Source of the DNA: Salpingoeca rosetta
Lineage: Eukaryota > Protista > Choanoflagellata
Direction of reading: 5' to 3'
Assembly (NCBI GenBank): GCA_033442325.1
Contig: JAWQFM010000032.1
Location: 305,970 to 369,969 of the forward strand
DNA: 64,000 bases
Positions 16,011-32,951 of this stretch are shown here, piece after piece. Under the pieces are notes generated by a model. The model made no database searches, was not told where the DNA came from, and saw only the letters and a list, made by a program, of their open reading frames with translations. Positions within the stretch are counted from its first letter, which is position 1, and each line of letters starts with the position of its first letter. A program made the translations under genes and the position numbers.

Positions 16011-17929
16011 ATGAACTTCCAAGATGAGTTCAAGCAAGCCGATGCCGGCTCGCCGCTGGCCCAGGCCGGCCTGGTACGTGTGTAGCTGTTGCTTGAATGG
16101 TGTGTTGGTGGATGGAGGCCATGCACCTTGCTACTGCATGCTGGTGTTGTTGTTGTTCCATCTTCTCTCGTGTTCGCTTCATCCAACACGATCGTGTTGT
16201 CCCCCCCCCCCTTCCTCCTGCTGCTTGACAACGCTTTGATGATTCCAGATGCAACTGAGCACGCCGCAGTTCAACGGCCAAGTCCAATGGCAGGTGCGTT
16301 GTTGTTGTTGTTGTTGTCGTTGTTGTGTGTGTTGTTGTTGTTGTTGTGTGTGTTGTTGTTGTTGTGTGTGTTGTTGTTGTGTGTTGTTGTGTAAGCTACT
16401 CCTCCTCCTCCTCCTCCTCCTCCTCTTCCTCCTCCTCTTCTTCCTCCTCCTCTTCTTCTTCTTCTTCTTCTTCTTCTTCCTCCTCCTCTTCTTCTTCTTC
16501 TTCCTCCTCCTCCTCCTCCTCCTCCTCCCGCTCTTGCTTTTCTCCCTTCTGTTCATGAGTGTGTCTTGGTTTGTCGACCCTGCCAGCCAAGCGTGCTCCT
16601 GATGAATAAGCACCACCGCACCTCCCGCGTAACCCACATGCGCCCACTTCCACGCACTTGCGCGAATCCATAAATTAGATCGTGGGCGACGAGTCCCAGA
16701 TCCTCGAGGTTGTCCTCAACCAGGGTGATGCTGTCACCACCGAGCCCGTAAGTGGCCGCCCTCATTGCTCCCCCTTCATTCCTCGGTGCCTGTTGCGAGT
16801 TGTTCCTTTCTTTCCTTCTCTCCACTGCCTGTTTGCGTTTGTCGCCCATGTTCTGTCTTACTTCCTCTTCCACACACTCACACACACACACTCACACACA
16901 CACCTCGACCTACGCTCACGACAGGGCACGATGGTGCACATGTCCTCTGGCCTCTCTCCCGATATCCACCTGAGTGGCGGGTGCGGCCAGGCATGCACCC
17001 GCAGCTGCTGCGCTGGCGAGAGCTTCTTCCGCGTCAAGTACGAGAACTCGACCAACACGGTGCGTTGCACTTGCTTTGCTACTGCTGCAGCATTGCCTGT
17101 TGGGCTGCCCATCCACCCTTCCTCCTCCTGTTCTTCCTTTGCATCTTGGCTTTGCCCTTCCAGCAACAATAAAAACCCAACACGCAGCTACAACCCTCGC
17201 TACTTGCTTGTTTTGATCACAACCACACCGCTCTCACCCTCTGTCCCCCTCCCCACCTCACACACACACCACACACACACACACACTCTCTCTCTCTCTC
17301 ACACACGCACTCACTCACGTGCTCTCAACAGCCCCAGCACATTGGCCTCACGCCAAACTTTCCCGCCAAGATTGTGCCCATCAACCTGCCCGAGTTTGGC
17401 GGCCGCATCACCATCAAGAGCCGCGCCTTCATGTGCGCCCTCAACTGCCAGCCAACCTTCTCCTACCGCTTTGCCGGCGTACGTCTGCCGTGTGTGTGTG
17501 TGTGTGTGTGTGTCGGTGAGAGAGAGTGTGAGAGAAAGGAGGCGAGTGTATTCTGCGTCTGTGTCTGTGCCTCTGTGTGTGTATCCATGCGTGTGCCACC
17601 TGCGCCTGTTCCTCTACTTCCTGCCATGTCCTGTTTGCAACATGTGTTCCATCTGACCCTGTCCTCACCCAACCCCAACCCCCCCCCCCACACACACACA
17701 CACACACACACGATTACACGATTACACGCGATCCCCCCCCCCCCTTTGCACAGCTTGGCGCTGGCTGCTGCGGCGGGCAGGGCTTTGTGCTGAACGACCT
17801 CTCTGGCGATGGCATGGCCTTCCTCAACGCGTCCGGCACCGTCCTCATGCGCAACCTTGGTGCCGGCGAGGAGCTCATCTGCGACCAGTCATGTACGCCA
17901 CGCTCTGCATGGCGGTCCTTGTTTGTTTC

Positions 17930-17969
<40 letters not shown>

Positions 17970-18125
17970 GTGCTTGTATCAATACGTTTTTGTTCTACTG
18001 TATACCTGTGCGTGGTGTCTCTCCTACCCGTTTTTGTTTTCAGATGTTCGCCTACCTCACCTTACGTCCCTCACCTTCCTTCCCTAACCCTCATCCCCAA
18101 TACACACACACACACACTCACACAC

Positions 18126-18200
<75 letters not shown>

Positions 18201-18407
18201 GCAGCGGTTGTTGCGTTCCAGTCGACGGTCAACTTCACCATCCGGCGTGCGGGCGGCTGCCTCATGTGCTGCTGCGGCGGCGAGGGCCTCTTCAACTCGG
18301 TCCTCACGGGCCCTGGCATCGTCGTGCTCCAGTCCATGCCCATCGAGAAGATTGCTGCCGCTCTTGCCTTCCGCAGCGGCGGCGGCGGTGACGGCGGTGC
18401 CCAGTAA
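16011..18407 (+). CDS. AIM24 / TIGR00266 (DUF124, TRAP-like fold) family protein; about 7 exons
   Basis: IVGDESQILEVVLNQGDAVTTEP|GTMVHM, AGESFF, GLTPNFPAKIVPINL, GGQGFVLNDLSGDGMAFLNASG and GGEGLFNSVLTGPGIVVLQSMPI are family hallmarks. Confidence 0.88.
16298..16528. repeat. Compound (GTT)n + (CTC/CTT)n microsatellite in an AIM24 intron
   Basis: Seen directly. Confidence 0.9.
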
Positions 18408-19283
18408 GCACGTGCCATACACGTGCACGCATGCGCCCACGTGTGTAGATGTTGATGACCACGTGTGCAGATGTTGATGCGTCAAACACAAGAGCACATG
18501 CGCGCACACACGCACACATACACGCATACACGCACATGCCACCACATTTTGTTGCACAAAGTGCTTCATTTATTGCTTTCAACCACATTGTGTGCTCCAG
18601 CTGCGTCTGCATCGTTTTATTCGCGAAGCAGGCTTTCAAACGCATGAATAAAGCAACTCTGCACCCTGCGCCACGTGGCAAGCCACAAACAAGCACAGCG
18701 CCGGGGGGGGGGAAGGGGTTAGAGGGACTACGCCCATGTTGGCACTGCAACATAACACTGACACCCGAATCAACACAACATGTCATTGAAATGCAAATCA
18801 ACAGTGAAAACCGCTTACATGCATATCATCAACACAACAACACAAGTTGGCGTAGCTGACACCAAAGCCTCTGTGCAGCGTTGGTGCAGCGTTGAGAGTT
18901 TTAAGTCACACAGGTGCGTTACGGTGCTTGGGCGAAAGCAAAGTGAAAGCTGAGAAAGGTACGACTTCCTCAACAGCCGTGTTTGCCGTTGGCCATAAAC
19001 CCAGACATGATATGGCAGGCGACATCAAGAAAAGAACATCAACGGGGGAGGATGGACACAAGGCCAGAGGAACAAGTTCTAAAGCAGTCACATCACATCA
19101 CGCATTTCTTTGCAGGCTCAACGCGTGATTACAACCATGACACAACGCAACACATGCAAGCATGAACGCCGTCACACACTGACACTGTACATGCACTCAC
19201 AAACACAAACACAAACACAAACACTACATGCACGCATGAACACAACCGCACGCATACGATGTGTTACACCTTCGTCTTGGTGT

Positions 19284-20582
19284 TCACCAACACAGGGTCA
19301 CCATCTCCATGTCAATAACAAGTGGGTTGGTGGCATGTACAGGGGCACAGTAAGCCCTGCCGTTGCCACGCACGATACAACCGTGCCACATGATGTCGGG
19401 GTCATCGGGGGAGCCCGTGTTGGGCAGGTCTGGGATCTCAACCTCGCTCACCACCTTCGCGTCCGCATCAATCACCAGCACGGATTTGCTCGTGGCTGGC
19501 ACACCATACGCGCGTCCATCTGGGCCAACAAACCCGGGTGCCCACCGTGGCCTCTCCCACTGGATGCCGTCCTCGTCCTTGCTTGTGCGAATCAGTGACG
19601 TTGACTGCGTGCTCGGATCGATGACGAGCACGGAGTGGAAGTTGCGGGGAAAGCCGATAATCTTGCCGCTCGGCACCATCACGCTTCCCCACCACTTGTC
19701 GTTGGCAGGGTGAACCGTCAGGGTTGTGGCGTCGTAGGTCTGCGTTTGCGGGTCGATGATGAGGATGGCATTTGCGTCACGCGGGACGCAGTAGATCTTG
19801 CCGTCCCTGCCAAGGGAGCCTCCGCTCCACTTGATGTTGTGCTGGCTCTCGTGGTCGACGTCGATGGTGATGTTGTGCAGCTCGTTGGTGTTCATGTCGA
19901 TGATGAGGGAGTGGTCCGCCTCGCCGGGCACAGTGACGATGAATCGGTCTGAGACAAGCACGCCTCCGCGGTACTTTGGGCCTGGCTCAAGCCCAGCGAT
20001 GGTCGTCACGTCAAGCGTGTGAGTCTCAGGGTGGATGATGAGCACGGCAGTGCTTGCAAACGGCACGGCGTACAGGCTTCCGTCCTGGGCTTCAAATGCA
20101 CCCTGCCACAGGGCCACCCCGCTCTGGCCAGCACGCTGAGCTTCGGCGGCAAGGAAGTCAGATGGCAGAGGAATCTTGGTCAGGTTTTGGGTCACGGGGT
20201 CGTACTCAACCACGTGGTCCTCCGTGAAGGGCACGAGGAACACCTTTTTTGTGGCAGAGTGTTCGACAACTGTCACGTACGCCTTACCATCCGCGCTCTC
20301 CTCAAGCCGGAATTGGTCCGTGTACACACTGGAGCTTGGATCGTGTGCGGCACACATCATGTCCTTGAGCTTGTTCACCATGAACTGCGTGCGGCGAAGC
20401 TCGGCCAGCAGGTCCACGTCGTTCACGGTCAACCCGGTGTGCCTGAGCCCGTCCTCCGTGCGGATCCGCAGGTCGCCATAGCCATCCTCCTGGAACAAAA
20501 CGTTGCCTTGGGCCCCCACAACACAGCCCAGAAGCAGCAGGGCCACAAGACAAGAAGGCCGAGCAGTACAGGCTGGCGCCAT
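19284..20582 (-). CDS. Secreted 432-aa single-exon protein: signal peptide, short coiled coil, 6-7 beta-propeller repeats
   Basis: Hydrophobic N-terminus (LVALLLLGCVVGAQG). Repeats of about 45 aa with pattern W-x-G...G-[KR]-[IA]-Y-xx-P-x5-L-[IV]-I-D, e.g. KWSGGSLGRDGKIYCVPRDANAILIIDP. Confidence 0.8.
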   Translation of the reverse strand: MAPACTARPSCLVALLLLGCVVGAQGNVLFQEDGYGDLRIRTEDGLRHTGLTVNDVDLLAELRRTQFMVNKLKDMMCAAHDPSSSVYTDQFRLEESADGKAYVTVVEHSATKKVFLVPFTEDHVVEYDPVTQNLTKIPLPSDFLAAEAQRAGQSGVALWQGAFEAQDGSLYAVPFASTAVLIIHPETHTLDVTTIAGLEPGPKYRGGVLVSDRFIVTVPGEADHSLIIDMNTNELHNITIDVDHESQHNIKWSGGSLGRDGKIYCVPRDANAILIIDPQTQTYDATTLTVHPANDKWWGSVMVPSGKIIGFPRNFHSVLVIDPSTQSTSLIRTSKDEDGIQWERPRWAPGFVGPDGRAYGVPATSKSVLVIDADAKVVSEVEIPDLPNTGSPDDPDIMWHGCIVRGNGRAYCAPVHATNPLVIDMEMVTLCW

Positions 20583-21360
20583 CTTCTGAGATCACAACGG
20601 TGCGTGAGAAAATACAAAACAAACGCACAGGAGACGTGGCGCCTTCGATATCATTCAGCAACTTTCGTTAGAAATGGCGTGGGTTAGACGATGTGGGGTG
20701 GTGCATACAAAAAAAATATTATTGTGTTGAGGTGTTTGGCGCCACGCGGTTGGTTGACATGACAGTGACGTGAAATGACATGACATGTCATGTTGTATAA
20801 CACCAGGAGTTGGTGAATCGTTGTAGCGTTTATTGGGGGTTGTCGTTGTATTGGAAATGTGTTGTTGTTGTGTCATGTCACATCACATCACATCACATCA
20901 AAACAACAGGCAAGTCAACAGCGTGTAACGGTTGTGGGGAATGCTAATGACATGGCAGTGAACGAAAGCACGAAAGAACGAGGGAAAAGAATGCATGACT
21001 GCATGAAGCATGAAGCACAACCACTCAACACAAACACACAGACAGCACACAACACACAACACAAACACGTGCGTGTTGGTGGAAGATAACGCGTCTAGGC
21101 GTCTGGCTTGTGTTCGAGGCACGGACTCACACAAACACACAACATGGATGGACGAGGGACGGGGAAGAAAGAGGGGTCGCGGTGTAGGGCAGTGATGGGG
21201 CTCGCTTGCGCGTTGTTGCAGCAGTAACAGAGCATCGTGCACGGGGAAGGGGTCACGAGAGGTCGCAATTGGCGCGGAAAGGGTTGGGATAGAACCCCAC
21301 GCGCTCGTGCGCTATCAATCATTGAGTGGCGCAGGACAAGCGAACACCTACGGGCGGCTC

Positions 21361-25866
<4,506 letters not shown>

Positions 25867-26688
25867 GGTTTTGCCTGGGATGGGTTGTGTGTGAGTGTGT
25901 GTCAGTGAGCGTGTGTCAGTGAGCGTGTGTGTGTTCATGGAGAGGCACTGAGGGTTTGACACTCCAGAAGCATGCATGCACGAAAAGTATGCGTGCGTGC
26001 GTGTGTGCGTGTGTGTGTTGACGTGTTGTCGATCGAAATGAATGTGGATGAGGGGTGTTGTCATGTCACAACATCATGCACACAAGATATGACGACAAAT
26101 TGAGCCAGGCCGCAGTGCAGTGGTTCGATCTCCCGAACGCAAGCAGTGCGAGGTTTGGCTTTGAAGACCCTAACTTACTGCAAAGTAGAAGAAGAAGAAG
26201 AAGACCAAGCCAGTGGATCCGCAGAGGGATGGCAAGCAGCAGAGGGGAGAGGGGGAAAACAAAACAAGCAAGCAAGCGAGCAAGCAAGCAAAGCAAAAGC
26301 CACAGCAAAGGAAGAGGAAAGTGGCTTGGTGTGCTGGTCGCACAACAGACACCCAAGCAAGCCAGCAAGCCGCGAACAATTCGCACTGTTGGCGAGTTGG
26401 CGGTTGTCCTCCCAACGGAAAAAACCCAAACAAAAGACGGCGCGATTTAAAACAGCATCGAATCATTCGCTCTTTTTTTTTATTGTGTGATGTGATGTGA
26501 TGTGATGTGACATGACACAGCAAACAGGTGAGGTGTGGTGACAGGTGCACCCACACCACACACACGCACACACACACACGCACAAACGCACGCACAAACG
26601 CACACATACACACACACACACTTACACACGCACGCACACGCGCACAACACACAACACACACACACTTACACACACGCACACGCGCACA

Positions 26689-28635
26689 CTAGCCAACCCT
26701 CTCCATCTCTGCCAACACAGCCCGCACGTTGGTGGCCGCGTCTCCTTTGAGCTGCTGCCCGACAATCGCTTTCAGTGCCGCAGACGGCGTTTCCTCGTCC
26801 GCTTGTCCCGCCTCTGATCGAGCCGCCGTGTCTAAGCGCTCCACCAGGGTGTCTGCCTTCTTCAGCTCAAGGCACAGGACAGCCACTGCGTAGCGGAGCG
26901 ACGAGTGCGCACTCTTCAAGTCGCTCCTGACGCAAGATAATTGAAACGTCAGCAACAAGCATGAGACTTGATGGGATCTGCAAACCACAATGGATTGCAC
27001 GACTGGTGCATGCAAATGCTGACGATGCACAGTGGATACATTGGGTATACAAACACACACAAACACACACATACATACATGCATACATGCATACATACAA
27101 ACAAACAAACATACATACATACATACATGCATACATGCATACATTCATGCAAACACACATTACATACATACATACATACATTACATGCATACATACATAC
27201 ATTACATGCATGCATGCATACATACATGCATACATTCATGCATGCAAACACAACAACAACAACCCACTTTGCGACTGCTGACAGGAACGGAATGAGCAGG
27301 CGCGCTGTGCAAGGAGGGGACGTGGTGTTGTCGAGATGCTTGACTGCAGCTGTCACCGCCTCAACAGCAGCGACACAAACCTGGGAAACAATCGCATTGA
27401 GCCGACAAGGAAGGGAGAAGAGGAGAAGGAGCGCGTTATGTGAGGGCAAGGGGCAAGGGATGCTTCAGAATGGACACTTGACAACAAGCAACGCGCACAC
27501 TTTGTCGCGCCGTGTGTTGTTGACGTGATCGCTTCGAGCAGGCAAGATGCTCACATATGCACGCCGCACATGAACACACAGACACGTGCATGAAAGCACA
27601 AAGACAGAAATGCTAGCGAATTAGTTCACGTGCTCAAATGTGCACGTGGGCGCAGAGAAGAATGTTTGCGCACCTTCAAGGTACCCCGCTGGAAGGCTTG
27701 CTTCAAGAAGGGGCCCAAGCGTTCAGTTGCAGCCTGCAGTTGGCGCAGTCACGTGTCAGTACAAGTTATGAGTGGGCCGAAAAGCCTATGCCGCCGTACA
27801 CACCCGCACCCACACGTACAAACCAAACGAGCACAACACACACAGACACAGACACAGACACAGACACAGACACACACACACACACCACCGCACCTCGGCC
27901 GGGTGGCCTGACTGCCAGAGTTTGGCGGCGACGGCGAGTGCAGCCACACGATGTGCCTCCTTCGCCCGCGCCTTGGCAGACATGGCGTCGCGGGCCTTGT
28001 GTTGCCGCCGCTCTGTTCGCGAGGAGAGCGCACCACCCTCAAGCACAGCGCCAGTGCCAGCACCCGTCTCATCGGAGTCACTGTTGTCATCGTCGTCATC
28101 GTCGTCGCCATTGCCGTTGTTGGTGCCGCTGGGTGTCCTAAGCGAGTGCCAACCAGCGTGCTTCACATGAGTGGACAACTGCAGCAGTTGTGCTTACAAT
28201 ACATCTGACATAATCGCACACGTGTACCTTAGATTTGCAGTCGTCATTGTTGATGACACACAACACACAACACACACACACATGCACACACACACACACA
28301 CACAGCACCCAGCTCCACCATGTCTGGACATGTACGCGAGTGTTCGCATCGACACTACCGGCACATGCTCCCAACCTTTCAGGGTCGAACGCCCTGAGTT
28401 GCTTGCACAGCACCTCAACAACAGCAGCAACCTGCTCCCTCGTTTGCAGCTGTGTCGCAATGTCGCCGAGTGCTGGCATGACCTTCAGCCTGTACTCCTT
28501 GTCGCGTTTCCCCGTCTCCTTCAGAACAGCGTGCACACCCTTGAACATTTGCAACCAAAAAAAAAAAAAAAAAAGACCACGTGAATGGTTGACGGAGAGC
28601 ATGAATGGCCTGTGTGTGTGTGTGTGTATGTGTGT

Positions 28636-28710
<75 letters not shown>

Positions 28711-29108
28711 AAGGGTATCAAGGGTGGGAGGAGGCGTCGATTGTGAACCAATGCGAACAAAATAAATAAATGATTGAATGAATGCTTCCCAGTGTCACGC
28801 ACTTGTATACCTTGTCGAGCAACGACATGTATCCTTGGTCTTCCTCGTTTTCCTGTTTCGCCATCTGCAGCAAGTCCACGAGCGCTTGCACCGCCTTCTC
28901 CTTCCCGTCCTGCAATGAGTGGCCATGGGGGCGGGGGGGGGAGGGAGGTGGAGGTGAAGATGATGGAAGGTTAAGATTCGTTTGGAACGAGCGTGTCAAG
29001 GGGATAACGAACGATGCGCTCACGTTGATGCCACTGTGGCAGGGGCTTAGACAAGCAGACAAAAATCCAGGGAAAGAGGAACAGAAGCAACGCCGGAGAC
29101 ATCCAGCA

Positions 29109-29149
<41 letters not shown>

Positions 29150-30154
29150 CACATACACACGCACACACACACACACACATATACATGTACACAGAGCCAC
29201 GCTACCAACAGCACGCACCCAAGTTCTGCCCGCGAGCGACTCGAGCACGGTTGAGGTGAGCACGTGGATCTCTGGCACATCTCCCGGTCGGCACGACGAC
29301 AACGCCGCACTCAGAGCCGAGGACGACTGGTGGTGGTGGCGATTGCCGATGGCGATGACAATTATGAGGTGGCCATGGAAGACAACAATCGTGTGTGACA
29401 ATCGTGTGAGCATGGACAAGGGCGCCTGTGTGGAACATACTTGTACGAGCATCCGCGCATCGCATACATGCGACGTGTGGCAAGACATGTACACGCATGT
29501 TGGTTCACAGTTGAGCGAAGGGGTGATGTATTAAGCAGGTTGCATGATTGCATGACGCGTTTACCTGTCGCTTGAGCTCCCACGATCTGTCTGTGAGGCG
29601 CGGCTGGAGGATGGCGAGAATTTCCTGTTGACAGCGCACAGTGCACACAGTGCATGGTAGCAAGGGGTGAGGTCAGGGAAACGTGCAAGAATGGTGAGCG
29701 AAACATCTCAAATGGCAATGGCCTGGGTGTCTGGCGCGCGAGCAAGTGAGCAAGTGAGCAAGTGAGCAAGTGAGCAAGTGAGGAAGGAAGGGAACAAACA
29801 CAGGGGTTCACAACGACCTTCATGTGCATGCGGATGGCTGCTTCGTCTGTGCCCTGGGTGGTTTCGCTCCACACATCGCTCCACACGTCGCGAACCACCT
29901 TCGACTCATCGTGACGGCCGTAGAAGGCAAGAGGAAGGCTGTAGAAATGTGCAAAGGAAAATGACCGAGTAGCAGGTAAGTAGAAGACTTTGGCAGTGGG
30001 TGTTTTGAAACAGCGCCAAGAGGGCACACCAAGAGAGCAGCACATCAGCATCCACGCGCACATCTCACAAAACGCATGAGGCATGCGACCTCCGCACACA
30101 GACACAGACACACGTGCACGCATGCACAAAGACAATAACACAAGGTGCAGCCAT

Positions 30155-30227
<73 letters not shown>

Positions 30228-30586
30228 CATTACACTGTTGCGGCATGGGCGTGGATGACGTCGTGTGCTCTGCGGCCGACGGCGCGACACACAATACAGC
30301 TCGCCTCCATCTGCTCAGCGCTGTCGTGCTCTGTCCGCCGAGATGGTTCAGTGAGTGAGTGAGTGAGTGAGTTAGTGAATGTGTGTGAGTGAGTGAATGT
30401 GTGAGTGAGTGAGTGAGTGAGTGAGTGAGTGAGTGAGTGAGTGAGTGAGTGAGTGTGTGTGTGTGTGAGTGAGTGAGTGAGTGCGAGCACACAAGTGGTC
30501 TTCATCCTCTGACACAAAGTATGGAGAGTGCGGTTGAATAAGCATGCAAACCCAAACAACACAATAACGATCGCCATACACACACA

Positions 30587-30646
<60 letters not shown>

Positions 30647-31003
30647 GCGCACCTAGGTACATCTTCTTTGCCTTCTTGAGGAGGCTGCCCACGTCCTCCA
30701 CGCTTGCCACGCGACACACTTCCCCAGCAGCACCGGCAAGGTCGCGGCGCACGGGCGCAGACTTGCAGTTGGCGGTGGCAGTGAGCAGGGAGCGCAATAT
30801 CTTGCGAGCATACGGCTGCAGCGACGAGCGGCATGTGCGCACCAGGTCTGGGTGGCGGCGGTGGTGGCCGCGGTGAGATGGGGGAAAGGAGGACGAAGGA
30901 AGGCGAAGATGTGAGAGATGAATGGGAGTGATACAGGCAGACAGATAGACAGAGTTACAGGGACACACACACACACACACACACCCACACACACACACAC
31001 ACA

Positions 31004-31043
<40 letters not shown>

Positions 31044-31418
31044 GAAACAGACACACACACACACACACACACATGTACAGCCACAGACACGGCTGCAAAC
31101 ACAGACGCACACGGCCTCACGCACGCAAGCCTCCCCACCTGAGATGAAGCGAGCGCAGCCTGCCTTCGTGCTTGCACCGATGCCCTGCTTGGTCATTTTC
31201 AAAATTCGCGGCACAAGCTCAGGCAGCGTCAACTCGTCCACCTGTTGCCGTGAAATGTTGCAATGGGAAGGTTGGGATGCAGTGTGAGGGCAGTGCGTTC
31301 GCATGAAGATGAGGAAGAGCAACAGATGTACGTTGCACCATGTACGTTGCATCATGGAGGTTGGTCACACGAACACACAGACACACAGACACACAGACAC
31401 ACAGACACACACACACAC

Positions 31419-31449
<31 letters not shown>

Positions 31450-32451
31450 CACACACATACACGCACACACACGCACACATACCTGTCGTGCGCACTCATC
31501 CAGGCATTGCGCAATTGGCGATGACTTTGATGCAGACACGCGCAGGTCATCCAACCGCTCCTCCATCCCTTTTCGCGAGCTCAGGCGTTGGCCTGACGAC
31601 CGGGATGATGGTGGTGGCGGTGGCGGTAGTTGTGGAAACAAACATATCGCGTGTGAGCACGCGAGCCACATTCCAACTTTCATCACGACAGCAGCAGCAT
31701 TGATATCAACTGCAAACACGCGATGAGCAGAACAACAACAAATTCAATTTGCCCACCGCTTCCATGTACAACAACCCCTCATCCCTCTCTCCCTCTCTCA
31801 CCAATGTAATCAAGGGAGGGTGACTCCATGCCAGAGAGGGCCTCCAGCAAGGTGATGACGAGGGTTGGCAGGTGTGGTTTCAGCGCTGTTCCCGCCTCGT
31901 GTGCAATGTCGACAATCACAGACAGACTTAGCGCTTTCACATCCTGTGGGAGTGGTGAGCGACGGGAGCGCGCATGTGTGTGTATGTGTGCGAGTTGCGG
32001 GAGTGTTGTGAGTTGCGTCAGTGTGCGTGTTCCGTGCGTGCGTGAAAATCAGCACGTGCACAAACAGGACCATGAGAATGCAAGGACAGCCACAGCCACA
32101 GAGGGCGGACGACCAAACAAGAAAGGCGCAGCGGCACGCAAGGCATAAGGGACAACGCACCTGAACAGAAGACATGAGTCCAGTCTCTGTGAGAAACGGC
32201 AGCAGCGATGCAATCACGGCCGGGCCCGAATCCGCTGATGATGATGGTGGTGGTGACGATGGCGGTGGTGGTGGTGAAGATGATGGTGATGGTGGTGGCG
32301 GCGGTGGTGGCGGCGGTGGTGGTGAGCAATGGAGATCGTAGGCCAACAAAGGGCACGTCAATCATGTCTACAAGTGACACAGACACATGTACGCACAGAT
32401 ATACAGACACACACATCCACACATCCACACCCAGACACCCAGACACACATC

Positions 32452-32511
<60 letters not shown>

Positions 32512-32882
32512 CACATATGCATGCATGATCGTCATTTACGTTTCTTGCACAGTGTGACGGAGAGCTTTGCGAGGCGCTTGCACAGGTCGCTACCGGCCTT
32601 GCGCACGGATTCCTGGCATGATACAGACATATCATAAGGAAGGGAAGGGGGAGGGGAGGGAGGACACATGAGCACGAATAGACAACAGCAGCGCAGAAGA
32701 AACTCACGCCAGACACAAGAGACGCCCAAATACCAGCCGTACGCACACACAACACACAAGGCACACGCAGCATGTCTGGTTCACCTTCACATCATCGATG
32801 ACACGGAATGCGAGCTGCCACGTCTCAATGAAGATGGGCTTCACTTCCTGCCAAACGCGGCCACGCAACACGTCCGCTGCAC

Positions 32883-32951
<69 letters not shown>

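Noticed and set aside
16396-16671. Poly-Glu, poly-Ser or Lys/Arg-rich ORFs
   Set aside because: They come from a trinucleotide microsatellite inside an AIM24 intron.
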